From: Lingula anatina
Lineage: Eukaryota > Animalia > Brachiopoda
Length of the DNA: 64,000 nt
Assembly (NCBI GenBank): GCA_051362555.1
Contig: CM120647.1
Location: 16,282,651 to 16,346,650 of the forward strand
Direction: 5' to 3'
The translations under genes were made by a program, and so were the position numbers. Below the pieces are notes generated by a model that searched no databases, was not told the origin of the DNA, and worked only from the letters and a program-made list of their open reading frames with translations. Shown piece after piece: positions 61,944-64,000 of this stretch (positions within the stretch are counted from its first letter, which is position 1; the number at the start of each line of letters is the position of its first letter).

Positions 61944-64000
61944 TGAGACGAAATCAAACAAGAAGTGACATCAAATAAGAAGTGACATCATGAATGTCAG
62001 ATTTGCACTGTGAAGATTTTAGCTCATGAAAGATTTTATACATGTGTGGAATGTGATGCAATTTTTTGACCAACCTTGTACGTAAGTTTTACTAAAATTT
62101 GCCATTCTGTGTTCACCATGTGTTCAGTCAGAAGAGGGCATTGTGCTGCAAGATAGGACCACCTCAAAGTCTTTAGAGTGTTTTTGTTTTGTAAGTGTAG
62201 ACGTGTTGAAAAAAAAACTCCAATCAGGTGGAGCAGACTCATTAATGTAAAATCATCAAGTCATGACATCAAGTTGCAGCTTCTAATTTTGTCGATTATT
62301 CGTCTGTGTGGGTGCATATTTCCCCCCACAATAATTAATGGCCACAGTATCATTAGCTTTGCCAAATACATGTTTCATTATCTGTGTTTTGAACAGTGTT
62401 AAGAGGACATAAAATCTGAGGCCTGCAGCTGCTTAAGCATTCATATGCATTTATTGTCATTTAGATACAAATAAACATTATCATACATTGTGCTTAGAGC
62501 AGACAATTCAAGCATTCTAACATAAAATCATCGACGCATTATCTTACTTGAACTTGTATTTATCATTAACAGCAGTGATATTTATTTCTCACTCATTCAT
62601 TCATTTGTATTATATATATATATTATTTAACAAGAACTTGCCAAAGGGTTGTATTGGGTTGCCCACCTTACAGCTCAGTTAACTTGTATATATTGTAGAA
62701 TTAAAGAAATACAAACCATTTTAAGAGAAATTTGTTTTTATATCTAACCATAAATATCACAATAGCAACAACTTTTATTTCTCCAGAGAGCTTAAACGTT
62801 GGAGCCAATAATCTGCAGACGTGAAGCAATAATATACTGGAAAAAAAAATTACGTACATTTTGTGGTTATTATCCAAATTAAATTGCATCTGGCTTCAGC
62901 CAAGATTTGAAATGCTAGCTTGAACCCATTCTTTGCACCCTGAGGTTCCAAGGTCAAAGTATCCAGTAAACAGGAGAGGCATTCTGATAACAGCCTAATC
63001 GCCAGTGGTCTGAAATTCAGGGTGATTTCCTTATGTACCCATATAGAAATCATCCTGACTTTCAGAGATTGCTGATAATGACGGCATGCTTATAATAAAG
63101 AGATGTGTTTTCAACATCGTCTTATATCAGGGTCTTCTAAAATAATGTACAAAATTAAAGGATCAGCGAAGCACTAATTTTGTAACAGACATCTACCCCA
63201 CCCTGTCATCAGAGGGTATGTTTTCAGTGACCTGTGAAACTTAGGGAGCAATATAGGTCAATCACACTAGAAAGCAAAGAGATTCAAAGATTATAGGAGG
63301 CTGTAGAGACATGTGGATAACAGGGGGAAGGTGCCCAGCTACCTCTGAACAACAGGGTGAACACTTGGGGATGATATGTAATACTTATCAGTGGCAGCCT
63401 CATTCTGTTATGTAGAAAATGTGAAAATAATAAGAAGGGTGCACAAAGAAAATCCTATTGTTGCTTAGTGTGAGTCATATAGTTATTTCTCCTGATTTTT
63501 GAAGACTTATTAATAATAGTGTCCCAGGTCCTTTTGTAGGGGGTTCAAAAGAACTGCCTTTGGCTGAAAATTTTATCTAAGATCAATGCCATTTTTGAAG
63601 TTGGTTGAAGTAACTGGTAATAGGTCCGCTCTTTCAGAAGAAGAATATCTCCCTATTGAAGTGCTAGCTACAGACCTTAATACTGATTACCATTGCAAAT
63701 ATATATAAAGAAGATTGGCATCCAAAGCTGAGAGAATACATTCTGAATTACACTTGACAGGACGGAACAGTTTTGGCTCAGAGTAAAATAACAATGAGAT
63801 ATTAAAACAGATTAACATCTTCTATGACAAAAGTAAATTCAATTTATCTTGGAACAATTTCACTTTGCACATAACATTTTAAGTTATGGATTGATTTCAG
63901 TGTCAAACTATGGTTCTTCTGATATACCAAAACATAGGCACAGCCATTAGAGTTTTTTTTTTTTTTTTTTTTAATCTCTCTTTAAGGTGAGCGACAAGAA

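Overview
This is AT-rich, intron-rich animal genomic DNA. It is most likely a bivalve such as an oyster, inferred from the poly-G tracts, (GA)n microsatellites and Helentron-type satellite elements. Two spliced + strand genes were reconstructed by hand. The first is the 3' part (14 exons, 239-9292) of an OFCC1-like multi-pass membrane protein gene. The second is a complete extracellular heparan-sulfate 6-O-endosulfatase (Sulf1/Sulf2 family; ATG 40957, stop 61024, 16 coding exons) that probably has non-coding 5' exons from about 15.5 kb. The introns carry two Helentron-associated non-autonomous elements (HINE/DINE-1-like). One of them (45009-50965) holds a ~33 x 146-bp satellite organised as a 1313-bp 9-mer higher-order repeat rich in perfect nuclear-receptor DR1 motifs. 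There are also several PIF/Harbinger-type MITEs, and a 669-bp element with perfect 77-bp TIRs, an 8-bp TSD and a RecQ-helicase motif remnant. Most ORFs in the supplied track are spurious. No database searches were possible, so family names rest on recognised motifs.
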